From Chlamydiota bacterium (GTDB taxonomy: Bacteria > Chlamydiota > Chlamydiia > Chlamydiales > SM23-39), in assembly GCA_038534095.1 (NCBI GenBank), contig JBCAXK010000010.1, positions 1 through 39,173 of the forward strand: a DNA stretch of 39,173 bases. Direction: 5' to 3'. Position numbers and translations under genes: made by a program. Numbering within the stretch: position 1 is the stretch's first letter; the number at the start of each line of letters is the position of its first letter. Of this stretch, positions 1 through 9,287 are shown piece after piece. The notes under the pieces are model-generated. The model was given only the letters and a program-made list of their open reading frames with translations, was not told the origin of the DNA and searched no databases.

Positions 1-66
1 TAACTACCTCTAAAAAAATTACAAAGGTAGCGTTTATACAACATTAAAGGGATTTTAAACAGGTTC
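1..66 (-). mobile_element. Possible end (terminal inverted repeat) of an IS5-family-like insertion sequence running off the left edge
   Basis: On the minus strand the PhyH-like similarity stops after WDLR, where the DNA reads TAA|GAACCTGTTTAAAATCC. From recall this resembles IS5/IS1031-group ends with a TNA target. No transposase or second end lies in the window. Confidence 0.3.
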
Positions 67-406
67 TTAGATCCCACATCACCTGAGTTTGCCCAGCAGG
101 ACCAGAAAAAATGCCCATTTTATTGTGTATTGGGAAACTATCTTTCCAGTTGCTTCTATCTTGCATCGTACAATTCGACCAGGCTTTTTCAATGAATTCA
201 CTCCAGACGCGGGTATAAAGGGTCGTGGTTTCTTCATCAGAAAATACTTTGGGAATCACACAATAGCCCAGCTCTTCCAAATCTTTGAGATAGGATGCTA
301 CAAGTTCTTGCGCTTCTCCAAAATCTTTGCTTGGCACCTCTTGCCCTCTTCCTTCCTTTGCAATCACAAGTACAAACGACAGAAATAGCAGTAAAAAACG
401 GATCAT
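44..406 (-). pseudogene. N-terminal fragment of a PhyH-like (phytanoyl-CoA/2OG-Fe dioxygenase) protein with a signal peptide; apparently truncated
   Basis: Hydrophobic N-terminus MIRFLLLFLSFVLVIA; LEELGYCVIPKVFS fits the PhyH N-terminal GY-x-V-I strand. The ORF ends at 120 aa, before any HxD...H iron-binding motif. Confidence 0.5.
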
Positions 407-638
407 AGATCACCTCAATGCATTTTGGGAGAAAACTCTATCATGGTATCAAAAGCTTTTACAAGGCTCTTCTTGTAAAGGCTTTTTGAAAGCCCCTTTT
501 CATAAGGAAATCTCCTCTAATCAACTTTCACAAAAAAACCAGTTTCTTGAACATGATTGCGCCATGCAGCAAAGAAACCGCTCTTGTTTAAATAGGTGTT
601 TTACTAAGATGATTTGCTTTTTTAAAGGATCTCACCGC

Positions 639-2138
639 TTGTCTTCTATTCAAGACCAGAGAGGCTCAACGCGCCCTCCTCATATAGAAATAAATTCCAT
701 TGATCAGGTGAACAAGCTACGTACTGCCGATGAGATTGCGCGCTACGTAGATCTTTCCCTCAAAAACTTTTGCCATATCAAAGAAGTGTTCTTAATTTTG
801 GCGGATAAACTACTATCCCTCCCATATAAGAATTCTCTATCTATTCTAAATAAGATTCATACTCTAAAAAAGCGCTCCCAAGCCCTCAGAAATTCCTCTG
901 AAAATGTACAAATCGATCGGGCAATAGTAAAAACACGTAATTGTATTAATCAAACGCAAAATATAGAGATAAATCTAATCGGTTATCTTGATTTTTATTC
1001 AAAAACAATTTATTCAATGAATTCTAAGTATCAAACTTTATTCTCTCAAGAAAAACAAGTAATGAACACATTATCTACTTTAAAACAGGAAAGAATCGTC
1101 GCTACGATGGAGCATTTTGCAAGTGAAATAGACCACACTACACTCTTAGTACATGCTTACCTAAAAAAACAACATGCTAAAGAGATGCAAAAACGTTGGC
1201 ATAACATGCAAAATAGCATCAAGCGCATGGATCCTTTTAACAGGATCGTGCTAGGAGGCCGTCTCCTTAATGACGAGCAAATCGAGCGTGTCTTGTAGGT
1301 AAAAAGCAGCTCTAAAAATGCAATCAGTTCCTGTCATGCGTATCTAATTTTTTGGCAAAAGCAGCAGCAAATGCTTATGAAGAAAACGCGTCCTACTTTG
1401 CAGTCTTTGCAACAAGCAATGGCGCGTACGCAAAAGACTTCCATGCAGCGGCAATCGCTACAAAGGTATACCATTGATTTAGAGCCTATTGTAGGTGCTT
1501 ATGTTCAGCGCCTTAAGAAAATAGAGAGGAATTTCGAAAAATTGCAAGCAGAACACGTAGCTATGGAAAAAACATGGGCTATTCTGACAAAACTAAGCGG
1601 CAAGTCGCCACCAAAAGAGATCGGTGAATATTTGCAGTCAAAGCCTGTTGCTAATATGTGGGGTTTGCTGAGCTCGGCATTAACTATCATATGCAATATA
1701 AATCAATTAAACCAATCCCCTCAGCCACGACAGTTTGACGAGCAGCAGATCCATACATTCGTAAAAGTCAACAGGCTCGCAAGCAACAATTGCAAACGCT
1801 GTGATAATTTTCTTGCATTTTGGTCCAAGAGATTACAAGAGCTCAATGGAGAAACCTTAAAACATATCCAAATAACAAGGCACACGTTGACTACCGTCGT
1901 AGTTCTAAATAGAAGACAAGAAGCGCAGGAATCGAAGAACACAGACTCGAGCAAGAGCGCGGCCGATGCTTTCTTTTCGGCGCCGATTCCTGATGAAAAA
2001 ACGCAGCAAATAATGGCGATAGAAGGGAAACATCCCGACAACAATCCCTCTAAAGAGCGACTTGCCCCAGAAACTTCTGCAAGCAATATCTTTGATGAAC
2101 ATTCTTAGGTGAATCGGATAATAGCTGCTCTTAAATAA
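639..2138 (+). pseudogene. Tandem paralog A of an uncharacterised helical effector-like protein, split by an in-frame TAG at 1296-1298 (ORFs 327/639-1298 and 1371-2108)
   Basis: Both ORFs share a frame and align colinearly with 2584-3966. TAG 1296-1298 sits opposite CAG in paralog B. TAG 2106-2108 sits opposite TTG, and homology continues to TAA 2136-2138. Start placed at TTG 639 (AAGGA upstream, matches the paralog B N-terminus). Confidence 0.7.
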
Positions 2139-2527
2139 CATCTTCTATTTCCTTAAGGAATCTTAACTTTATCTGATTATACGGAGTTTTTGCGTCAGTT
2201 TCCCTAGTTAGCGGGCGCTATTCATCTTGACCAAGGGGGCTCGGAAGGTCAGGTAAAACGCTCATCGATGAAAGATCAGGACATTTCTAGGCGAAAAAAC
2301 TACTTTAGTAATCAGCCTAAAAACGCCCCTATTTTTCAATTAATACTACCCTTCATACAGGCGCCGTCTAAAAAACTTTCAAGAAATATTTTCTTAAAAA
2401 CTTCAAATAACTAACTTTTAGCTACTTAAGGTTTTTTAGAAAATATCAATGCGCATTAGATTTAGAAACGATTTTTTAATTAAGATGCTATAAAAATATT
2501 TAATATAATTAACAAAGTATATTTTTA

Positions 2528-2556
2528 TTTAAATAAAATATAAAATTATTTATAAT
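2528..2556 (+). promoter_or_regulatory. Putative sigma70/sigma66 promoter TTTAAA-N17-TATAAT
   Basis: Perfect -10 with 17-nt spacing, 27 nt upstream of ATG 2584. The context is very AT-rich, so a chance match is possible. Confidence 0.45.
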
Positions 2557-2583
2557 TATCTGAATTATAAAAGGGTATAATTT

Positions 2584-3966
2584 ATGAGTTTTACTCAAGG
2601 CACTAGGACCTCGGCGCCTATTTCTACTATGCATCCTATTGATCAGGTACAACAGCTACGTAATGCAGCTGAGATTACAGATTATGTCGACAAATTTCTC
2701 CTGAAACATTGCAGAATCACGGAAGTATTCCTAAACTTGCTGGATAAATTACCCTCCCTTTCTTCTGCCGAAGCTCTACCTATTCTCAACAGGATCCGTG
2801 CTCTAAAAACACGATCCCAAGGGTTTAGAAAAAGTTCTGAAAATACAAGAATCGGTCAGGCAATAGAAAAAACATCTATTTTCTTTAATCAAACACGCAC
2901 TAAAGAGATTGACCTAATCGGTGCTACCGCTTTTTATTCAACAAAACTTCAAGAAATCCACTCTTCGTATGAAAATTTACTCTCTCAAGACAAACAAGTA
3001 ACGAACACATTATCTACTTTAAAACAGGCAAGAATCGTCGCGACAATGGAGCATTTTGCAATTCAAATAGACCACGCCACATGCTCAATACATGCTTACC
3101 TAAAAAAAAACTATGCTGAAGAGATGAAAAAACTTTGCTATTACATGCAAAATAGCATCCAAAGTATAGCGCCTTTTAAGGATTGTGTTCTAGGGGGCGG
3201 TCCCCTTAATGAAGTGCAAATCAACCGTGTCTTGCAGCTAAAAAGTAGCGCTGAAAATGCAATCAATTCCTGTCATAAGTATCTAAATTTTTGGCAAAAG
3301 CAGCAGGAAGCGCTTATGAAGAAAATGGCCCCTACTTTGCAGTCTTTGCAACAAGCAGTGGCGCGTGCTCAAAGTACTTCCATGCAGCAGCAATCGGTAC
3401 AAAGGGATACCATTGATTTAGAGCCTATTGTAGATGCTTATTTTCAGCGCCTTAAAAACATAGAGTGGAATTTCGAAAACTTGCAAACAGAACACGTAGC
3501 TATGGAAAAAACATGGGCTATTCTGACAAAACTAAACGGCAAGCCTCCCCCAAAAAAGATTGGTGAACATTTGAATAGCCATCCTATTGCTCACATGGGG
3601 AGTTTGCTGAGATCGGCAATATTTATCATATCCAACCTAAATCAATTGAACCAGTCCGCTCAGCCGCGACAGTTTGACGAGCAGCAAGTCCATAGATTCA
3701 TAAAGCTCGCAAGCGACCGGTGCAAAAACTGCGATGATTTTCTTACATTTTGGTCCGAGAAATTACAACAATGCCATGTAGAGACCTTAAACCATATGAA
3801 AAGCAAACGCTACAACCATAGCACGCCCTACACGTTGACTACCGTCGTATTTCCAAATGGAAGACAAGAAGCAAAGGAATCCAAAAACACAGTTGCGAGT
3901 AAGAGCGCAGCCAATGCTTTCTTTTCAGCGCCGATTCCTGATAAAAAATGCAACAATAAACAATGA
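2584..3966 (+). CDS. Tandem paralog B, 460 aa uncharacterised helical protein with two internal repeat units; C-terminal tail frameshifted
   Basis: Long ORF, highly similar to 639-2138. After APIPD the frame shifts; the paralog-A-like tail continues in another frame through TAG 4008-4010 to TAA 4089-4091. Confidence 0.8.
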   Translation: MSFTQGTRTSAPISTMHPIDQVQQLRNAAEITDYVDKFLLKHCRITEVFLNLLDKLPSLSSAEALPILNRIRALKTRSQGFRKSSENTRIGQAIEKTSIFFNQTRTKEIDLIGATAFYSTKLQEIHSSYENLLSQDKQVTNTLSTLKQARIVATMEHFAIQIDHATCSIHAYLKKNYAEEMKKLCYYMQNSIQSIAPFKDCVLGGGPLNEVQINRVLQLKSSAENAINSCHKYLNFWQKQQEALMKKMAPTLQSLQQAVARAQSTSMQQQSVQRDTIDLEPIVDAYFQRLKNIEWNFENLQTEHVAMEKTWAILTKLNGKPPPKKIGEHLNSHPIAHMGSLLRSAIFIISNLNQLNQSAQPRQFDEQQVHRFIKLASDRCKNCDDFLTFWSEKLQQCHVETLNHMKSKRYNHSTPYTLTTVVFPNGRQEAKESKNTVASKSAANAFFSAPIPDKKCNNKQ

Positions 3967-4114
3967 TCACGGCAAAAGAGAAACGCCCCGATAACCACCC
4001 CTCTCAATAGAGATTTGTCCTAGAAGCTCCTGCGAGCGATCCCTTTGATAGAAATTCTTTGGTGAATCGGCTGCTAGATTCTCTGAACTAACATCTTCTA
4101 TTTGTATAAAGAGG

Positions 4115-4136
4115 TGTCCGGTTATCTGACCGGACA
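4115..4136. terminator. Stem-loop between convergent genes (possible terminator)
   Basis: TGTCCGGT-TATCTG-ACCGGACA, perfect 8-bp stem; no strong U-tract. Confidence 0.45.
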
Positions 4137-4151
4137 AGAAACAACCCTCTC

Positions 4152-5876
4152 TTACAAATGTTCATCTACCGAGACAGAAAAGCGCTGTTCCTGATCGCTC
4201 AGAATCTCTTCTGCTCGAAGGCAAGCTTTCCAAGTGGAGAGCTGCGGCCTCGTCTCATCACGAAGAAAAAAGTGGGCTGGCTGCATTTTTTCTAACACTT
4301 TTGCTCTCGATAGTGTGCGCCAAACCTTTTCTGTTAATCCCGAAATCATCAAAACTCTTCCCGTCGATTGCAAATGCTCGTGGAGCTGCACAATGGCAAG
4401 ACACATCGATCCATCGACATAATGTACATTGTTCAAGCGGAGCACAACAACTTTCACATCTTGATCCCTAGCGATATTCGCAATAACTCCTTCAAGGACA
4501 TCCACCATCCCAAAAAAAAGCTCCCCTCCAATCCCAATGATCCGCACCTTGCTATGCTTTTTTGTATTTGGTCGAATGATCGATAGTCTCCCTGCATAAT
4601 CAAAGGCATACTCTTGAAAATGGGGCGTTGCTGCAGAGCGGAGATAAAAACCAATCGAAAACAATACACCTATGATGAACGCAATATCTAAACGGAAAAT
4701 CATACAAAGAAAAAAGGTGAAAAGAAAAATGAACGCATCTTCTTTCGTTGCTCTCAAACAGAGCTTGATGGCTTTGCAATCAATAATACGAAAGGCGCTA
4801 AAGATGAGTAAAGAAGAGAGGGAGACAACGGGTATGTAAGCAACGTACGACCAAAAAAACACAAGAAGGCCATAAACAAACACTGAGGAACTAAGAGCGC
4901 CGATTCTTGTTTTGATCCCCATATTTTGGGCAAGAAGACTTCTTGTAATGCTAGCAGAAGTAGGCATGGCACAAGGAAATAAGCTCAGGAAAAGATTTGC
5001 CACACCTAAAGAAAATACTTCTTGATTGCAGCGGACCGGTTCCTTTGTCGTGATCGAAAGAGCTTTGGCTACAGAAAAGACTTCTAGCACCCCTAAAAAA
5101 GCGATTGCTAATCCTAAAGGAAATAGCTGTTGTAGCAAGTCTAGCCGAAACCTGGGAAAATACAGATCCACAGAAAATGTTAGCGGAGCGTATCTACTCA
5201 ATGTTGGCAAAGATTCTATCTGCGGAAAGAATGAAAACGTGAGAGAGGATCCAACAAGCAGAAATAAAGCTGCCGGAAAGGCTGGCGCTTTCTTACGAAC
5301 CACAAAAAGGAATCCTAGTCCTATCGTTCCAAAGAGGATGGGAAGGTAAGAAATGGAAGATCCATGCCCGATCAAGTAGAGTATTTTGTGAATCAGCACT
5401 TGAGATCCTTCTGGCTTTTTCAAAGCAAAAAAATGGAAAAGCTGCTCGACGCAAATCACCATACTAAGACCGCTAAAGTATCCAAGCATGACAGACCTGC
5501 TCACAAATTGTAGACATTTGCTAATATTGCATAGGGATAACAAGAGGTGCAAAAGCCCTACAAGAGCTAAGAGGTGCGCTAACACTTCGATCAGATCACC
5601 TTGAATCTCTTGTATTGCTATGCTAGTCACCACAGTTTGCACTAACATCGCAATCGCGGTAGATGGCCCTGAAATCAAACCTCTCGCATGGGAAAAAAGG
5701 GCTACAAGAAATGCCCCAAAAATTGCAGAGTAGATACCGCTTGAAAGAGGGAGACCAGCCAAAAGGGCGTACGCGATGGCTTGGGGAATGACCAAACATG
5801 CAATAGAAAGCCCGGCTAAAAGATCCTTACGCAAATGAGCAAAAGAGTAGGACTGAAGATCAGAAAATACTGGCAT
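4152..5876 (-). CDS. SulP/SLC26 family anion transporter with C-terminal STAS domain
   Basis: DLLAGLSIA..IPQAIAYALLAGLP..GIY, ISGPST, NQEVFSLGVAN, SASITRS; STAS-like GELFFG and VVVLRLNNVHYVDGS. Start placed at MPVFSD. Confidence 0.92.
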   Translation of the reverse strand: MPVFSDLQSYSFAHLRKDLLAGLSIACLVIPQAIAYALLAGLPLSSGIYSAIFGAFLVALFSHARGLISGPSTAIAMLVQTVVTSIAIQEIQGDLIEVLAHLLALVGLLHLLLSLCNISKCLQFVSRSVMLGYFSGLSMVICVEQLFHFFALKKPEGSQVLIHKILYLIGHGSSISYLPILFGTIGLGFLFVVRKKAPAFPAALFLLVGSSLTFSFFPQIESLPTLSRYAPLTFSVDLYFPRFRLDLLQQLFPLGLAIAFLGVLEVFSVAKALSITTKEPVRCNQEVFSLGVANLFLSLFPCAMPTSASITRSLLAQNMGIKTRIGALSSSVFVYGLLVFFWSYVAYIPVVSLSSLLIFSAFRIIDCKAIKLCLRATKEDAFIFLFTFFLCMIFRLDIAFIIGVLFSIGFYLRSAATPHFQEYAFDYAGRLSIIRPNTKKHSKVRIIGIGGELFFGMVDVLEGVIANIARDQDVKVVVLRLNNVHYVDGSMCLAIVQLHEHLQSTGRVLMISGLTEKVWRTLSRAKVLEKMQPAHFFLRDETRPQLSTWKACLRAEEILSDQEQRFSVSVDEHL

Positions 5877-6114
5877 GAGGCCCCTTAAATTCTTCGAAAT
5901 AATAGAAAAACTCTTTATATACAATCATAGGCAGTTTTCCATGTAAAGAATTCTACGTCTTTTGAGGAGAAAGCATGCGACATCCCTCTCTAAAGGACCA
6001 TGCTAGAAAATCCCTTCCATGGGTAAATCGACGAAAGACTTTGGAGTGAGCACCCTTTTGGGTGAAGATACTTTGAACCCTTTTTTTTAAAATAGATTGC
6101 TGTTAAAAAGGGGT

Positions 6115-7476
6115 TTATTGCGCTCTACTTGGTGGAGAATTCGCTTGTTCCCCTTTACTACGTACTTTGTACTTGAATTCTAAAGGAACTCCTGTGAAAA
6201 GGTACTCCTCTCGAAACCGGTTGATAAGATACTTCGTATAGGTATTTTGTACAAGATCGATCCGATTGATGAAAAGTACAAATCGTACTGGATGTACGGT
6301 TGGCTGCGTCATGTAGTAGATCTTTAGCCGTTTTCCTTTCACCATAGCAGGAGGCGATTTTGCAACAGCGCGCTCTAAAAAACGGTTGAGCTCTCCTGTC
6401 GTGATCCTTGTATGGAGATTTTTTTCCACAAGAAAAATGCTCTGAAATACTTTATCAAAGTTTTTTTGGGTTTTAGCGGAAATAAAGTGGGTTGGAATAT
6501 GGCGCAAAAAGGGGGCATCTTCACGAATCGCACGCAGGCAATGCTCTTGGCGGAAGCCCTTGACAAGATCCCACTTATTGCAAAGCAGAAGACACCCTTT
6601 CCCGGAACGTTCAATCAAACTAGCGATCTTTTTTTCTTCTGTAGTCAGCCCCTCTTGACTATCGATCAGAAATAGGCACACATCGGCTCTTTTTAGCACT
6701 TCTTGCGTGCGGATATCTGCGAACTTTTCAATAGGATTTTTTTGCGATTTTTTCTTCCGAATACCTGCCGTATCAATGAAGGTGATCTTGATTCCACTAT
6801 CAACGATGATGGACGCGTCAATGGGATCTCTTGTTGTTGCATAAGCGTCGCTCACGATCGAGCGCTCTTCTTGCAAAAAATTGTTGAGAAGGGTCGATTT
6901 CCCTACATTCGATCTACCTAAAATCGCTACAAAAATCTCTTTTACACCTTCTTGATCGGAAGGTTCGTGGGTCTCCTCTTCTGAAAGATACCCAGTGGCT
7001 TTTTCTAAAAGCTCCTCAATCCCCCGATTTTGGATGGCAGAAACTGGGACCATATCGGTGATCCCTAACGAATAAAACTCACTGATCCAGTTTTCTTGCG
7101 AGGAATCGTCCACTTTATTCACCGCAAGAACAATCTTTTTATCAAAACGGCGCAATCTCCGAATAACCGCCTCATCGAGCTGAGTGACTCCCGACCTACC
7201 ATCGACCACAAAAATGATGGCATCGGCCTCTTCTGAGGCTAAAAGAGCCTGCTTAGCAATTGTTTTTTGAAAATCATCCCCTTTTTCTGCAATGCCCCCC
7301 GTATCGATCAGAGTCAGCGGGGTTCCAAAAAACTCCGTTTCCCCATAAATACGGTCCCTTGTGACCCCTTCCTCTTCATGACAAATAGAGATTCTTTTTT
7401 TGCAAAGCCGGTTAAACAGTGAGGACTTCCCCACATTGGGCCTGCCAATGATGGCTAACGTAATTCTTGGACGCAA
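6115..7476 (-). CDS. der: Ribosome biogenesis GTPase Der (EngA)
   Basis: Two G domains (GRPNVGKS/DTGG/NKVD and GRSNVGKS/DTAG/NKWD) plus a KH-like C-terminus; TTG start. Confidence 0.97.
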   Translation of the reverse strand: MRPRITLAIIGRPNVGKSSLFNRLCKKRISICHEEEGVTRDRIYGETEFFGTPLTLIDTGGIAEKGDDFQKTIAKQALLASEEADAIIFVVDGRSGVTQLDEAVIRRLRRFDKKIVLAVNKVDDSSQENWISEFYSLGITDMVPVSAIQNRGIEELLEKATGYLSEEETHEPSDQEGVKEIFVAILGRSNVGKSTLLNNFLQEERSIVSDAYATTRDPIDASIIVDSGIKITFIDTAGIRKKKSQKNPIEKFADIRTQEVLKRADVCLFLIDSQEGLTTEEKKIASLIERSGKGCLLLCNKWDLVKGFRQEHCLRAIREDAPFLRHIPTHFISAKTQKNFDKVFQSIFLVEKNLHTRITTGELNRFLERAVAKSPPAMVKGKRLKIYYMTQPTVHPVRFVLFINRIDLVQNTYTKYLINRFREEYLFTGVPLEFKYKVRSKGEQANSPPSRAQ

Positions 7477-7657
7477 AAAATACCTATGAATGGAGTGATT
7501 TAAAAGAAGAACAGTTCTTTACGCAGAAGCAAGTTTACCACAAGCAGACCAAAAGAACAATTTGAAACATTTTGTAGAAAATTTGTGAAAAAAAGGATTT
7601 GCGCACAAAAAAAAGCCTTTGCTAAGATGTTTCAAAAATTTTATAGCAGACTTTCTT

Positions 7658-8053
7658 ATGTCAGTAATGTCCCTATTGCTTACTCCCAAACACCCAGCCA
7701 TAGAAAGTATTTTCTTTCCCCTTCCCTCGTTCACAAAAATTGTAAAAGGGTGGCAACCTAACACAGAAATCTACAAAAAAGTGTTTCATATTGTGTATAG
7801 AGCCTTGAGCCTGATTCTTGGCATAACCTTATTCTTAACCTGTATTTGGGCTCCTATCCGCGTTTCCGCCTACATCAATAAAACATTGAAGCCGGCGCCT
7901 AAAAATTCTACCGATACAAGTCCCTCTCCCCGGACCAAAATGATCCTTACCGATACTGATACAAGGAGCCTAACCCCAAAACCCCGGGTATTTAGAAGGC
8001 GCTCCCCTAGAAAAAAACGTCTAATATATGTAGATAGGCCTTCATCGAATTGA
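7658..8053 (+). CDS. Hypothetical membrane protein with basic Ser/Pro/Arg-rich tail
   Basis: ORF fills an otherwise empty gap; hydrophobic segment ALSLILGITLFLTCIWAPI; tail RRRSPRKKR. First ATG at 7658. Confidence 0.55.
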   Translation: MSVMSLLLTPKHPAIESIFFPLPSFTKIVKGWQPNTEIYKKVFHIVYRALSLILGITLFLTCIWAPIRVSAYINKTLKPAPKNSTDTSPSPRTKMILTDTDTRSLTPKPRVFRRRSPRKKRLIYVDRPSSN

Positions 8054-8239
8054 TGGCTAAGCAAGCCCTACTCCAAGAAAAATGCTTTTCTTCTCTTTTG
8101 CAAAAAAGCTTTCAAAGTCGTTTCCTGGGAGAGGCCATCGTGGTTTTTGGTAAAAACCCCAGAAGGTGCATTTTACTATTCTTCTATGGATACTCTTTTG
8201 TGGAGCTGTGCTAGCTCTTCGAAGGTTTGTCCACACAAT

Positions 8240-8932
8240 TTAACGCGCCCAAACAAAATAGGCTTGCCAAATTCTGCGTATCTTTGCAAGGAGTAGAACA
8301 AAGCAGGAGGATACGCGCTTTCTCAGCGCGATCCATTTGTCCGCTAGCTTTGTGTACCAAGTTGCTGGAAACGGCCCCCTATAGATAATGCGCCTATCTT
8401 TCACTGCAAAGCAAATCTTCTCACCTGTATTTTTCACAGAGGGTGTTTCCCCATATTTGAGAACGAATAATCCTGTGCCCATTCTTTTTGCGTAAGAGGG
8501 GGAAAAAAGATACCATAATCTTGAAAAAAATGACGCTTCTTCCCATCGCTTCTCAAGAGTTTTTTCGATATAGTAGGCAACCCTAACTACTTGGGTTCTC
8601 ATAAAATTTTTAGCCGATTTCTTCCTGCTCCGCTCAGAGCTCGAGTCACGGGAAGAAGCATCTGGTGTTACAAGCAAAGCTTTTAACCCTTCTTTCAGTA
8701 GCATTCTTTGGTTAGGAGTAAGCTCTCTAGGGCTAGGGAGTCTATTTGATTGCGTGCCTTGCGTAGCATCGTCTAGGGGTCGAGACTCCCCGCTATACGT
8801 TCGTCTACCTCTTGGATGCACAGCATCAGAGGAGGAAGAACAATCTGGGCCTTCTGTAAATGCAACGATTGAAGCCGTATCTTCCAAATCTTGCCTGTGA
8901 GGTCTTCTATTCTCTGGTTCAATCGATGACAC
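8240..8932 (-). CDS. Hypothetical protein, Ser/Pro/Arg-rich disordered N-half (effector-like)
   Basis: 230 aa ORF; GGAGG 7 nt upstream of the GTG start; no recognised domain. Confidence 0.7.
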   Translation of the reverse strand: MSSIEPENRRPHRQDLEDTASIVAFTEGPDCSSSSDAVHPRGRRTYSGESRPLDDATQGTQSNRLPSPRELTPNQRMLLKEGLKALLVTPDASSRDSSSERSRKKSAKNFMRTQVVRVAYYIEKTLEKRWEEASFFSRLWYLFSPSYAKRMGTGLFVLKYGETPSVKNTGEKICFAVKDRRIIYRGPFPATWYTKLADKWIALRKRVSSCFVLLLAKIRRIWQAYFVWAR

Positions 8933-9287
8933 GGCACAACCTCCAAATTTTGCGCAGCCTCTCTTCTACGTAGTACCCTTAGTGCAGGAGCTTCATGTGG
9001 ATATAATCGATCCGAATCGTGTTATCGAAGCTACGTAACTAGCAGCAAAACGCTGCATCTTTGGGTAAAAAATCCTTTCAATTATCTTGGTTGATGTTTT
9101 TTTTACAAGGGACTTTTCTCCTTTTTATCCGATCTGGGAAATTCCCTAAATACGCGCAGACTGTTTAAAGATAGATCACATTTAGGCGCAAAACAGGGAT
9201 TACGCTAGAGACAAAGGGCTACTTAAGGGCGGTAGATAGATCCAGAAATAAGAACTCGTAAGGAATATTTTTAGACGTTTCTCAACA

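Noticed and set aside
327..638. N-terminal extension of ORF 327-1298
   Set aside because: It overlaps the opposite-strand gene and has no counterpart in paralog B; a start near 639 (or 609) fits better.
1419..3489. Diversity-generating retroelement TR/VR pair
   Set aside because: Differences are not adenine-specific (G/T, C/G and T/G changes occur), the similarity spans whole genes, and no reverse transcriptase is in the window.
1296..4010. Genome-wide TAG recoding, suggested by three TAGs opposite sense codons in the paralogs
   Set aside because: The aligned codons differ (CAG, TTG, GAG), each is one substitution from TAG, and ald, rnz, tsaB and rpsU end normally at TAG.
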